Assembly (NCBI GenBank): GCA_012515825.1
Contig: JAAYXQ010000025.1
Coordinates: 1-43,758, forward strand
Origin: Fibrobacter sp.
GTDB lineage: Bacteria > Fibrobacterota > Fibrobacteria > Fibrobacterales > Fibrobacteraceae
Length of the DNA: 43,758 nucleotides
Reading direction: 5' to 3'
Shown here: positions 36,455 to 43,758 of the stretch, in pieces
Numbering within the stretch: the first letter of the stretch is position 1
Layout: the number at the start of each line of letters is the position of its first letter
Notes under the pieces: model-generated
Told to the model about the DNA's origin: nothing
The model's input: only the letters and a program-made list of their open reading frames with translations
Database searches by the model: none
Position numbers and translations under genes: made by a program

Positions 36455-38092
36455 ATGCGCTTTTTATTTTTTGTTCTTTTCCTTTTATTTTCATGGTCTT
36501 TTGGCCTTCGCCCCACTTGTGGTACTGAAAAATTTATCAAACACCAAAAACAAATTAAAACTGGACTTCTTTCTAGATCCATCGCTCAGTCTGCTTTGAC
36601 CTCCTGTCCTGAAGAATCCTATTACGATAAAATCGATACCATTTTAACTAAACATTTTGTCATTTATTACACCCTAGAAGGCCCACACGCGACCACTGAA
36701 TCGTTTTTAGATTCTCTCACTTTTTATTTAGAAAAAGCATGGAATTTACACACCACTAAATTAGGGATGAAGCCTCCAAAAGCAATGAGCCGCTCCTATC
36801 ACTATAAACAAGAAAATCCATTGGGGCTTTACCCCGTTGAAGTAATAGACATAGACCTTTTACGCGATACAGATAATTTAATGGGAGGGTCTTGCCATGG
36901 TTGTTTTGGGCTCACCTACCCTGGTGATCCAGAAAATCCTGAAGCCACCATCTTGATGATTGATAATGATTTTAAATATACTCCAGAATACAACCAACAA
37001 GAAGCTTGGATTACAGATTCAAAAGGTAAAGAATGTAGTTATCCAATCGCAACTAAAGAACTTTATAATAATAATCAAACATCTTATTCTTACTTTGATT
37101 ATCCTGAAAAAGCGATTCAAGTCACTGCATTTCACGAACTTTATCATGCCGCACAAATTCGTTACATGAGTTTTATCGACTATCCTTCATTTTGGTTTGA
37201 AGCGTCAGCAACAGGAGTAGAAGAAATTGGGGCAAAAGAGGTGAATGATTATTGGGGTTACCTCTATGATATATTTGATTATCCTGGTACAGCGTTATCG
37301 GCCTTAAATCAAGATTATAGTGCAGTCGTTTTCTACTTATACTTATACGAAAACAATGGCCCCCTTTTTGATGCCTCTATCTGGGAAGCCTATTCTAAAA
37401 ATCCAGAAAAACCTTTTTATGAAATTCTTTCCAAAAAATGGGTCGCTCAAGGAATTGAGCCTGATTCTGCGTTTCATGATTTTGCAAAGCAGCTCTTCTT
37501 TACAAACACAAGATCCAAATACAAGCCCACGGATAGCCTTTATTATGAAGACATGCCTCATTGGCCAGAAATGACCATACGCCCCTACAACGAGAAAAAC
37601 CAGAACTTGAGTTCCTTAGCTTTTAATTATTTATCCATCAAATCTAGTATGCCTGATATTTCCTATTTTAAGGGCCAAGCATCACTTTTTTTCTGGAATA
37701 GCGATGATTCAGAAGTATCTATAAAATCACTCTTAAATGCAGACGATATCGACTTATGGCGATCAACCATCTCTGAATCAGATTCAGCAATACTAGTCCT
37801 TAGTCGCTTTAGTGATGATTCCCCTACAATCGTTCCTCTTGTGGCTAAGCCTCTCCGTGCATACCCTACACCGTGGCAAGGGACTACTGAACTATGCTTT
37901 TCTCCACTCCCTAATACAAGATCTTTTATAGAAATCAGAAACAGAATAGGAAATTTAGTTATAAGAATTCCAACAAATTCAACCACTCATTGTTTAAAAC
38001 CTGACTATATAAAAAGTATAATGTCTCCAGGATTATATCACTTCAGAGTAGGAAGCCACGGTAAAACAACCCCTCTTCTTTTAATTTATTAA
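36455..38092 (+). CDS. Secreted putative HExxH zinc metalloprotease with a C-terminal beta-sandwich sorting domain (T9SS CTD-like)
   Basis: Signal peptide. HELYH at 37133-37147 (aa 227-231). The last ~80 aa (AYPTPW...IEIRNRIGNLV...PGLYHFRVGSHGKTTPLLLIY) match the pattern of Por_Secre_tail/FlgD-Ig-like C-terminal domains. Confidence 0.55.
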   Translation: MRFLFFVLFLLFSWSFGLRPTCGTEKFIKHQKQIKTGLLSRSIAQSALTSCPEESYYDKIDTILTKHFVIYYTLEGPHATTESFLDSLTFYLEKAWNLHTTKLGMKPPKAMSRSYHYKQENPLGLYPVEVIDIDLLRDTDNLMGGSCHGCFGLTYPGDPENPEATILMIDNDFKYTPEYNQQEAWITDSKGKECSYPIATKELYNNNQTSYSYFDYPEKAIQVTAFHELYHAAQIRYMSFIDYPSFWFEASATGVEEIGAKEVNDYWGYLYDIFDYPGTALSALNQDYSAVVFYLYLYENNGPLFDASIWEAYSKNPEKPFYEILSKKWVAQGIEPDSAFHDFAKQLFFTNTRSKYKPTDSLYYEDMPHWPEMTIRPYNEKNQNLSSLAFNYLSIKSSMPDISYFKGQASLFFWNSDDSEVSIKSLLNADDIDLWRSTISESDSAILVLSRFSDDSPTIVPLVAKPLRAYPTPWQGTTELCFSPLPNTRSFIEIRNRIGNLVIRIPTNSTTHCLKPDYIKSIMSPGLYHFRVGSHGKTTPLLLIY

Positions 38093-38096
38093 TGCT

Positions 38097-38819
38097 TTAG
38101 AATTGATAGCTAAAAACAGCACCACTACCGTCAGGATAAAACTGAGGCGCAATATCCCAACGACGAGTCATTTTTTTAGAAGAAGTGGCACGATAAATAC
38201 GCATGACATCTAAGAACGAAACCACACGATTTAATATCAAAGCACCGACAGAAACTTGAAATACAATTCTAGAGACTCGGTAATTCCGAAGCATATTCTT
38301 ATATATATCCATATGTTCTGTATTTTCTGGATAATCGCTTGAGCCCCAATCCCATTGATACTCCATTGTATTAGGATACTCTTCATCTACTGATTTACCC
38401 GATCGAATCATCGCTTGATTATAATCTTCATTCATATCGGGATTCGAGTTTTGCCCAAAAACGCCTCCACGACTACGATAATCAGCAACGGTATTTAAGA
38501 AATCAACACTTTTTTTTGTAGATGAAACACCAGCATGAGTCACCGCATAATTATGCGCAGAAGAAATATACTTTTCACCTATAAAGTAAGACCCGATCGT
38601 AGTGATCCACAAAGCTGCATCAGTCCAAATAAAAGGACGAAGCAACTGTTTCTCACCAAGATAATATTCTCCCGTTCCAGGCAATAATAATGAAGCTCCT
38701 AATGACAAGGCAATGCTTTTGTTTTGATTACGACTAATAGATTCGTCTATAGAAATAACTGTTTGAGCCCAAAGAGAAACAGAGCATAATAAAACAAAAC
38801 AAAAAATCTTTTTCTTCAT
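38097..38819 (-). CDS. Envelope protein, short paralog of the upstream gene (DUF5683-like PGxGxxYxG motif)
   Basis: Start set at the ATG at 38819 (MKKKIFCFVLLCSVSLWA signal peptide), forming a TAATG overlap with the upstream stop. Motifs LLLPGTGEYYLGE and GALILNRVVSFLDV are shared with the neighbour. Ends in ...SYQF. Confidence 0.6.
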   Translation of the reverse strand: MKKKIFCFVLLCSVSLWAQTVISIDESISRNQNKSIALSLGASLLLPGTGEYYLGEKQLLRPFIWTDAALWITTIGSYFIGEKYISSAHNYAVTHAGVSSTKKSVDFLNTVADYRSRGGVFGQNSNPDMNEDYNQAMIRSGKSVDEEYPNTMEYQWDWGSSDYPENTEHMDIYKNMLRNYRVSRIVFQVSVGALILNRVVSFLDVMRIYRATSSKKMTRRWDIAPQFYPDGSGAVFSYQF

Positions 38820-40129
38820 TAAAAATTCCAATAGGCCTGAACAGAAGCCATAAATCCATCAAAAAAGGATACGCTACTACCTAGATGCATTTGATCTAAC
38901 CAAGATAATTTTTCTTCATACAATAACTTATTATTTGCATTAGCAGAAAGAGCTGCATCAAAAGCAGAAATAACGTGGTTTAAGATTAAACCGCCAAAAA
39001 ACCAAGCTTGCATAGACGCATAGTCATTTGCTTTATCACGCATATCTTGATAAGTACTTAAATTAGAAGAAGTACCTAAAGGAACCGTTTCTGATTGAGA
39101 ATCCGATAATCCTAACTGTTGATAAGAGGCTCTATCAGTCACATCATCCCAACCCAAGACAAAAATTGGGTTTGCAATCAGCTGATAAAATTGATTGTCA
39201 TCATAAAAGCTTGTGCCTTTTTTGGATTCACCAAGAGAAACATTAGCAAAAAGATCTAAATGCCTTGAATCTTTCTCGAAAAGGTTTTCACTACTATAAC
39301 AGTTATTTGTAGTAGCCGTGCCATAAATTGATTTACAATAAGATTCACGACTATTTAAATACCTTATTCTAAAATTCGCCTCTTCAGAAGCGTCTTCTAA
39401 TTGAAGCAAATAGATGTTATGCATTTCTTGTTCATACGCTCCAACAGAGAAATGAGTATTTGCATAATCTTTATATCTCGAAACTTGATTATTGTATTTA
39501 TGAACAGAGTAATAATACCAGCCACTCCATAAAGCAGCCTCTAGAGCTAGATAAACGCCACCTCTCACTTTATTAAATGTCGAAGTGCCCACATATATTT
39601 GCCCTGCACCAGGAAGAACTAAAGACATAAATAAAGCCTTTCTAGGACTTTTATACGAGCCCTTCATTTCGTTAATGCCACGGATTTTAGAAACCTTCAC
39701 TGGCCCCAATAAATCACGACGAGACATGGAAGAACTGGATGCAATTGGAGCAACAACTTGTATAGACGAAGAGGAAACCATGTTTACAGAAGAAGAACTT
39801 GATGATACTGGTATAGAAATCACGGATGTATCAGCAACTGGAGTCTCTGGTGCTACTTGTGAAGAGCTTGATGACACAGGGTTTTCTGAAATAGAAGAAC
39901 TAGATAAAACAGGAACTTCTGCTGAGGAGGAAGAAATCTCTTTTATTGAAGAAGAGCTTGATGACAAGGGACTTTCTGAAATAGAAGAACTAGATAAAAC
40001 AGGAACTTCTTCTGAAGAGGAAGATGAGGACTTAACTTCGGCTTCAAATTCAGCGAAAAGATCTCTAACCTGGGCAAAAGAAGAGGTAGAAAAAATAATA
40101 ATGAGTAGAAAAAATAACCTATAATGCAT
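38819..40129 (-). CDS. Envelope protein with a poly-Ser repeat N-terminal extension; long paralog of the downstream gene
   Basis: Signal peptide (SSFA-QV). About 135 aa of Ser-rich repeats (EEVPVLSSSSISESPLSSSSSS / AEVPVLSSSSISENPVSSSSS). Then SLVLPGAGQIYVG and GGLILNHVISAFDA motifs. Ends in ...AYWNF. Confidence 0.6.
   Translation of the reverse strand: MHYRLFFLLIIIFSTSSFAQVRDLFAEFEAEVKSSSSSSEEVPVLSSSSISESPLSSSSSSIKEISSSSAEVPVLSSSSISENPVSSSSSQVAPETPVADTSVISIPVSSSSSSVNMVSSSSIQVVAPIASSSSMSRRDLLGPVKVSKIRGINEMKGSYKSPRKALFMSLVLPGAGQIYVGTSTFNKVRGGVYLALEAALWSGWYYYSVHKYNNQVSRYKDYANTHFSVGAYEQEMHNIYLLQLEDASEEANFRIRYLNSRESYCKSIYGTATTNNCYSSENLFEKDSRHLDLFANVSLGESKKGTSFYDDNQFYQLIANPIFVLGWDDVTDRASYQQLGLSDSQSETVPLGTSSNLSTYQDMRDKANDYASMQAWFFGGLILNHVISAFDAALSANANNKLLYEEKLSWLDQMHLGSSVSFFDGFMASVQAYWNF
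39861..40020. repeat. Intragenic direct repeat: a 60-bp unit repeated at a 90-bp period inside the Ser-rich gene
   Basis: 39861-39920 and 39951-40010 (GAAGAGCTTGATGACA..GGG..TTTCTGAAATAGAAGAACTAGATAAAACAGGAACTTCT) are near-identical. A more diverged copy lies near 39790. Confidence 0.85.
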
Positions 40130-40142
40130 GCATTAAATGTAC

Positions 40143-40177
40143 AAAAAAAACCGCCTCAAAATGAAGCGGTTTTTTTT
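40143..40177 (-). terminator. Rho-independent terminator of the rpsF-rpsR-rplI operon
   Basis: On the minus strand: ACCGCTTC-ATTT-GAGGCGGT (8-bp stem with one G.U pair) followed by T8, 16 nt after the rplI stop. Confidence 0.85.
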
Positions 40178-40192
40178 ATAAAAGCCAATTGT

Positions 40193-40639
40193 TTAATTTT
40201 CTTTAACAACCCAAACTTTTACAGTGGCTTCTACATCGCCAAATACATTGATAGCGACGGAAAATACACCTAATTGTTTGATTGGTTCAGGAAGAATCAC
40301 TTGATTGCGATTGATCTTAATACCTTGTAAAGTAATGGCTTCTGCAATGTCAGCAGCGGACACTGAACCATAAAGACGTTCGTCTTCTACGACGCGACGA
40401 GTTAAGTTCACAGTCACTTCTGAAAGTTTAGCTGCCAAATCACCTGCAGCAGCAAGTTCTTTGCGGAATAAAGCTTCCATAGCTTCACGATTGCGTTGAA
40501 TTTCAAGTTTAGCAGCTTTTGTTGCACGCATCGCTAATTTTTTTGGGAAAAGAAAGTTACGAGCGTACCCATCTTTTACCTTAACGATATCGAGCATTTT
40601 ACCAAGCTTAGCAACATTTGCTTTAAGAATAACTTCCAT
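40193..40639 (-). CDS. rplI: 50S ribosomal protein L9
   Basis: MEVILKANVAKLGKMLDIVKVKDGYARNFLFPKKLA... Confidence 0.95.
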   Translation of the reverse strand: MEVILKANVAKLGKMLDIVKVKDGYARNFLFPKKLAMRATKAAKLEIQRNREAMEALFRKELAAAGDLAAKLSEVTVNLTRRVVEDERLYGSVSAADIAEAITLQGIKINRNQVILPEPIKQLGVFSVAINVFGDVEATVKVWVVKEN

Positions 40640-40648
40640 GATATCTCC

Positions 40649-40900
40649 TTAGCGAATGCTATCTGCGACAAAAGGCAAAATAGCCATTTGACGAGCACGT
40701 TTAACAGCTTGGTTCAACATACGTTGATATTTTGCACTTGTACCAGAAATACGACGAGGAATAATTTTACCACGTTCTGAAACGAAGCGACGTAAAATCT
40801 TTTCATCTTTATAGTCGATGAACTGAACGTTATTTTCTGTAAACCAGCAAGTTTTCTTGCGACGAACGCGAGCACCTTGTTTCTTATCTTCGAAAGACAT
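40649..40900 (-). CDS. rpsR: 30S ribosomal protein S18
   Basis: ...[50 protein letters not shown]. Confidence 0.95.
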   Translation of the reverse strand: MSFEDKKQGARVRRKKTCWFTENNVQFIDYKDEKILRRFVSERGKIIPRRISGTSAKYQRMLNQAVKRARQMAILPFVADSIR

Positions 40901-41268
40901 TAGTCTACCTCCACGTCATCGACATCAATTGGAGTGATGTCTTCTGTAGTCTGTACTAAATTCTTGTCATAAATGATTTCTGTCATTGGATAATCAACGA
41001 GAGTCATCCAACGAAGAAGATTATCATTATGTTTGAAAGCGGCTTCAAGAGCAGCAACGACAGAAACTTCAGCCTTGTAATAGAAAATTACATAGTAGCC
41101 GTGTGTCTTTTTATTAATAGAATAAGCCATTTTGCGCTTACCCCAATCATCCCGACGAAGGATTTCTCCACCCGCCGAAATAATACTAGCCATGGCCTGA
41201 ACTTCAGCATCAATTGCTTCGTCAGAGATCATAGCATCGATGATAACCATCGTTTCGTATTGTCTCAT
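40900..41268 (-). CDS. rpsF: 30S ribosomal protein S6
   Basis: [13 protein letters not shown]...[26 protein letters not shown]. The start is moved to the ATG at 41268. The track ORF extends upstream through the leader and promoter. Confidence 0.92.
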   Translation of the reverse strand: MRQYETMVIIDAMISDEAIDAEVQAMASIISAGGEILRRDDWGKRKMAYSINKKTHGYYVIFYYKAEVSVVAALEAAFKHNDNLLRWMTLVDYPMTEIIYDKNLVQTTEDITPIDVDDVEVD

Positions 41269-41341
41269 GTTTATTTTCCCTTTGGTCGTTAGCCCAAAAT
41301 CACCATGATTTTGAGAGGGTTCCGTTAATACGGACACGCCA

Positions 41342-41370
41342 AATTTAGGACAAAATTCAAGTATTGTCAA
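41342..41370 (-). promoter_or_regulatory. Sigma70-type promoter for rpsF
   Basis: On the minus strand: TTGACA (41370-41365), a 17-nt spacer, then TAAATT (41347-41342). This predicts a ~65-nt leader containing two hairpins (41321-41334 and 41295-41313). Confidence 0.5.
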
Positions 41371-41394
41371 TAAAAATAAGGTTTATAAGGCGAA

Positions 41395-42141
41395 TTAGAC
41401 CCCAAAAAACAGGCCTAACAAAATGGTTTCTGACCACAAACCATCTCCAGTTCCTAAATAACGTTGCCATTGGATTTCTAGAGAGAGCCAACTGGAAAGC
41501 ATGCCTTCTTCTAACCTCTTCCAATGGTTCCTGATGTTAAAAGTAACACCCGCCGTGAGTGCCATATAATGGAAATCAGAGAAATTAAACTCATAAAGGG
41601 CTCCAGTAACTAATCCAAAATCTTTATTGACTTTAAGACCAACACCTAAATCAAAGCCCATTGAAAATCCATTTAGCGCAAAAGATTCGGTACAAACATC
41701 TTCCTCTAATTCAGTATCTATAGGTTCTCCAGTGGTAATATTTTTTTTAATCTCGTGGAGATCCGTTGTTTCAAAACCAATTAAAGGGGCTCCATAAAAA
41801 GCTAAATTCTCCATAATTTTTTTATGATAACGAAGATGCAACTGGTATCGTTGATATATAATCATGCTATGACGATCAACATCTCCCCCATAAAAACGAA
41901 TATCTGCACCACCACTTAAGTATGGCAAATAAAAGTAATCCACATGAGCTTGCCACATTCCAATACAGTTACAATCGTCCCCACTCGGATTAAATACGCC
42001 AACTCCAATACCAATAGCCAAACCCTTACCCGTAAAAGCAGATTGCTTTGGAAGAGGAATATCTTCCATCGCTGCTATAGGACTACTTAAAATAAGGAGA
42101 CCCATAAAAAGAAGAATTTGTTTTTTTAGAGTGGAAAACAT
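41395..42141 (-). CDS. Outer-membrane beta-barrel protein (small porin/OmpA-beta-barrel-like)
   Basis: Signal peptide (SSPIAA-ME) and alternating amphipathic beta-strand patterns rich in G/Y/F (GIGVGVFNP, GADIRFYGG, GFDLGVGLKV, TAGVTFNI). Confidence 0.6.
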   Translation of the reverse strand: MFSTLKKQILLFMGLLILSSPIAAMEDIPLPKQSAFTGKGLAIGIGVGVFNPSGDDCNCIGMWQAHVDYFYLPYLSGGADIRFYGGDVDRHSMIIYQRYQLHLRYHKKIMENLAFYGAPLIGFETTDLHEIKKNITTGEPIDTELEEDVCTESFALNGFSMGFDLGVGLKVNKDFGLVTGALYEFNFSDFHYMALTAGVTFNIRNHWKRLEEGMLSSWLSLEIQWQRYLGTGDGLWSETILLGLFFGV

Positions 42142-42189
42142 AATTACAAATCTAAGAAATCATTTAAGATAAAACTATCTTTTAGCAAA

Positions 42190-43503
42190 ATGTTGAGGTT
42201 AGATATGATTCAAAAAACTTATATAAGCCATTTGACTTCTAAAAAGAACGAAACAGTTGAACTTGCTGGCTGGGTTGTAAAAGTACGAGACTCTGGTAAA
42301 ATTTGTTTTATGCAATTTCGTGATGGTACTGGCTTTATTCAAGTAGTCGCGACACCAAACGATATGAGTGCTGAAGAATTTGAAATCATGAGACATTTAT
42401 CCATTGAATCGGCGGTAAAAATCAAAGGGATTGTCGCAGAAAATGTAAAATCCCCTTCTGGCATTGAGATTATCGCGAAAGAACTAACACTTGTTTCTAA
42501 AACAGAAAACTACCCTATTACCCCCAAAGAACATGGTACCGATTTTTTAATGGATATCCGCCACCTCTGGATTAGAAGCCCTAGGCAACATGCAATTCTT
42601 CGAATCCGTCACCAGATTATTACAGCCATTCGCCATTATTTTGATGATCTAGATTTTACTCTTACAGATGCCCCTATCTTTACAGCGAACGAATGCGAAG
42701 GTTCCAGCACTTTATTTACCACAGAATACTTTGGAGAAAACGCTTATCTTTCTCAAAGCGGTCAATTATATATGGAAGCCGCATGCCAAGCCGTGGGTCG
42801 AGCCTACTGCTTTGGTCCAACGTTTAGAGCCGAAAAGTCAAACACAAGAAGACATCTCACAGAATTTTGGATGGTAGAACCAGAAGTTGCTTATATGGAC
42901 CTAGAAGGTTGTATGGAACTTGCCGAAGGTTTAATTCAAGCAATTGTCAAACGCGTTTTAGAACATTGCCCACAAGAGCTAAAAATTCTTGAACGAAACC
43001 TAGAACCTCTTGAATCCGTGATTGCAGGGCCTTTTCCGAGAATAAGCTATGATGAAGCCGTTGAAATTATCAAGAAATCAGGAACTCATTTTGAATACGG
43101 AGATGATTTTGGAGGCGCCGATGAAACCATTATCAGTAACGCTTTTAATCGCCCAGTCATCGTTCATAGCTACCCAACGGCCATTAAGCCTTTCTACATG
43201 AAAAAAGATCCGAAAAACCCTTCCGTCGTTCGAAACATGGATGTTCTTGCTCCCGAAGGATACGGTGAAGTCATTGGAGGCGGGCAACGAGAAGAGAAAT
43301 ATGAAACCCTTCTTGAATCGATTCTAGCGTCTGGTTTAAATCCTGAAACGTATTCTTGGTATTTAGATGTACGTCGCTTTGGAGCTGTTCCTCACGCAGG
43401 TTTTGGTTTAGGCGTTGAACGTTGTGTGGCTTGGATCGCAGGCATTTCTCATGTACGAGAAACAGGGTTATTCCCAAGAATGCCACAAAGACTACGCCCA
43501 TAG
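42190..43503 (+). CDS. asnS: Asparagine--tRNA ligase
   Basis: Class IIb: an N-terminal OB fold, then motif 2 FGPTFRAEKSNTRRHLTEFWMVEPE and motif 3 GFGLGVERCVAWI. An alternative start is the ATG at 42205. Confidence 0.92.
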   Translation: MLRLDMIQKTYISHLTSKKNETVELAGWVVKVRDSGKICFMQFRDGTGFIQVVATPNDMSAEEFEIMRHLSIESAVKIKGIVAENVKSPSGIEIIAKELTLVSKTENYPITPKEHGTDFLMDIRHLWIRSPRQHAILRIRHQIITAIRHYFDDLDFTLTDAPIFTANECEGSSTLFTTEYFGENAYLSQSGQLYMEAACQAVGRAYCFGPTFRAEKSNTRRHLTEFWMVEPEVAYMDLEGCMELAEGLIQAIVKRVLEHCPQELKILERNLEPLESVIAGPFPRISYDEAVEIIKKSGTHFEYGDDFGGADETIISNAFNRPVIVHSYPTAIKPFYMKKDPKNPSVVRNMDVLAPEGYGEVIGGGQREEKYETLLESILASGLNPETYSWYLDVRRFGAVPHAGFGLGVERCVAWIAGISHVRETGLFPRMPQRLRP

Positions 43504-43540
43504 GTTTTGTTGTTTTTTTCATTAAACGTCAATATTACTC

Positions 43541-43758
43541 TTGTTGACGGCAATGGTTTTTTCACTAAGTGAATTCTATATAGCCAATGTTGACGGTAAT
43601 GGTATTTTCATTAAAACACATTAATACTATGGTTGACGGTAATGATTTTTTCACGATTAAATCTAAATAACCATTGTTGACGGTAATGATTTTTTCACGA
43701 TTAAATCTAAATAACCATTGTTGACGGTAATGATTTTTTCACGATTAAATCTAAATAA
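43541..43758. repeat. Tandem array of at least 5 copies of a ~44-bp unit with a conserved 24-nt core; truncated by the window end
   Basis: TTGACGG starts at 43544, 43590, 43633, 43677 and 43721 (periods of 46, 43, 44 and 44 nt). The core is GTTGACGG(C/T)AATG(G/A)T(T/A)TTTTCA(C/T). The last three units are identical (GTTGACGGTAATGATTTTTTCACGATTAAATCTAAATAACCATT). The first two differ in the 20-nt inter-core part. Confidence 0.9.

Noticed and set aside
39585-40124. 179-aa acidic ORF (EELD-rich) on the plus strand
   Set aside because: It is the antisense shadow of the poly-Ser codons of the minus-strand gene. It has no RBS or signal features, and its low-complexity composition is dictated by the opposite strand.
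36455-40129. Treating the HExxH protease plus the two paralogous envelope genes as one operon or system
   Set aside because: The protease is on the opposite strand, convergent to the pair, so they cannot be co-transcribed. Only proximity links them, so I reported them as separate observations.
41269-41370. N-terminal 34-aa extension of the S6 ORF; likewise 22404-22460, 32854-32907, 5174-5200 and 7676-7687
   Set aside because: The conserved protein starts at internal ATG codons with better RBS or signal-peptide context. The extensions overlap upstream genes or the promoter, so I trimmed the coordinates.
43541-43758. CRISPR array interpretation of the terminal repeats
   Set aside because: The conserved core is only ~24 nt and the intervening segments only ~20 nt. 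Three consecutive 'spacers' are identical, and no cas genes are in the window. The geometry fits tandem iteron- or centromere-like repeats better. It cannot be fully excluded without the downstream sequence.

Overview
AT-rich, densely packed chromosomal segment from a diderm (outer-membrane-bearing) bacterium. I count 35 protein-coding genes and found no rRNA, tRNA, CRISPR array, transposase or integrase. All calls were made by eye from the translations; no search tools were run.

Most of the window is housekeeping:
- Riboflavin genes: ribE plus the 5' end of ribB/ribBA.
- An sdhCAB/frdCAB-type operon with a single large cytochrome b subunit.
- ndk, ettA, ruvC, pssA, asnS, and an rpsF-rpsR-rplI operon.
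- A peptidoglycan-recycling pair: an MpaA-like M14 amidase and an M15 peptidase.
- An envelope-biogenesis block: a SurA/PpiD-like TPR lipoprotein divergent from a TamB-like gene and an Omp85-family gene.
- A two-component system flanked by a LysM protein and a TPR/beta-propeller protein.

The signals that stand out:
1. 15501-18438: a fusion of an IncQ RepB'-type primase domain with a RepA-type (AAA_25-like) P-loop helicase domain. It is tightly coupled to a TrmA/RlmD-like methyltransferase-fold protein whose catalytic Cys appears to be Ser. No integrase, RepC or nearby iterons accompany it.
2. 29848-31728: a second, architecturally different primase-helicase fusion (DnaG CHC2 zinc finger + Toprim + DnaB-C-like RecA domain). 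Its Toprim DxD and Walker A motifs look non-canonical.
3. 43541 to the window end: at least five tandem ~44-bp repeats with a conserved 24-nt core. They look iteron- or centromere-like and are cut by the window edge.
4. 38097-40129: two translationally coupled paralogous envelope proteins. One carries a poly-Ser N-terminal extension containing a 90-bp-period DNA repeat. They sit convergent to a secreted HExxH protein that has a T9SS-like C-terminal sorting domain.

Everything about function in these four items is inference and needs HMM, structure and comparative-genomics checks.
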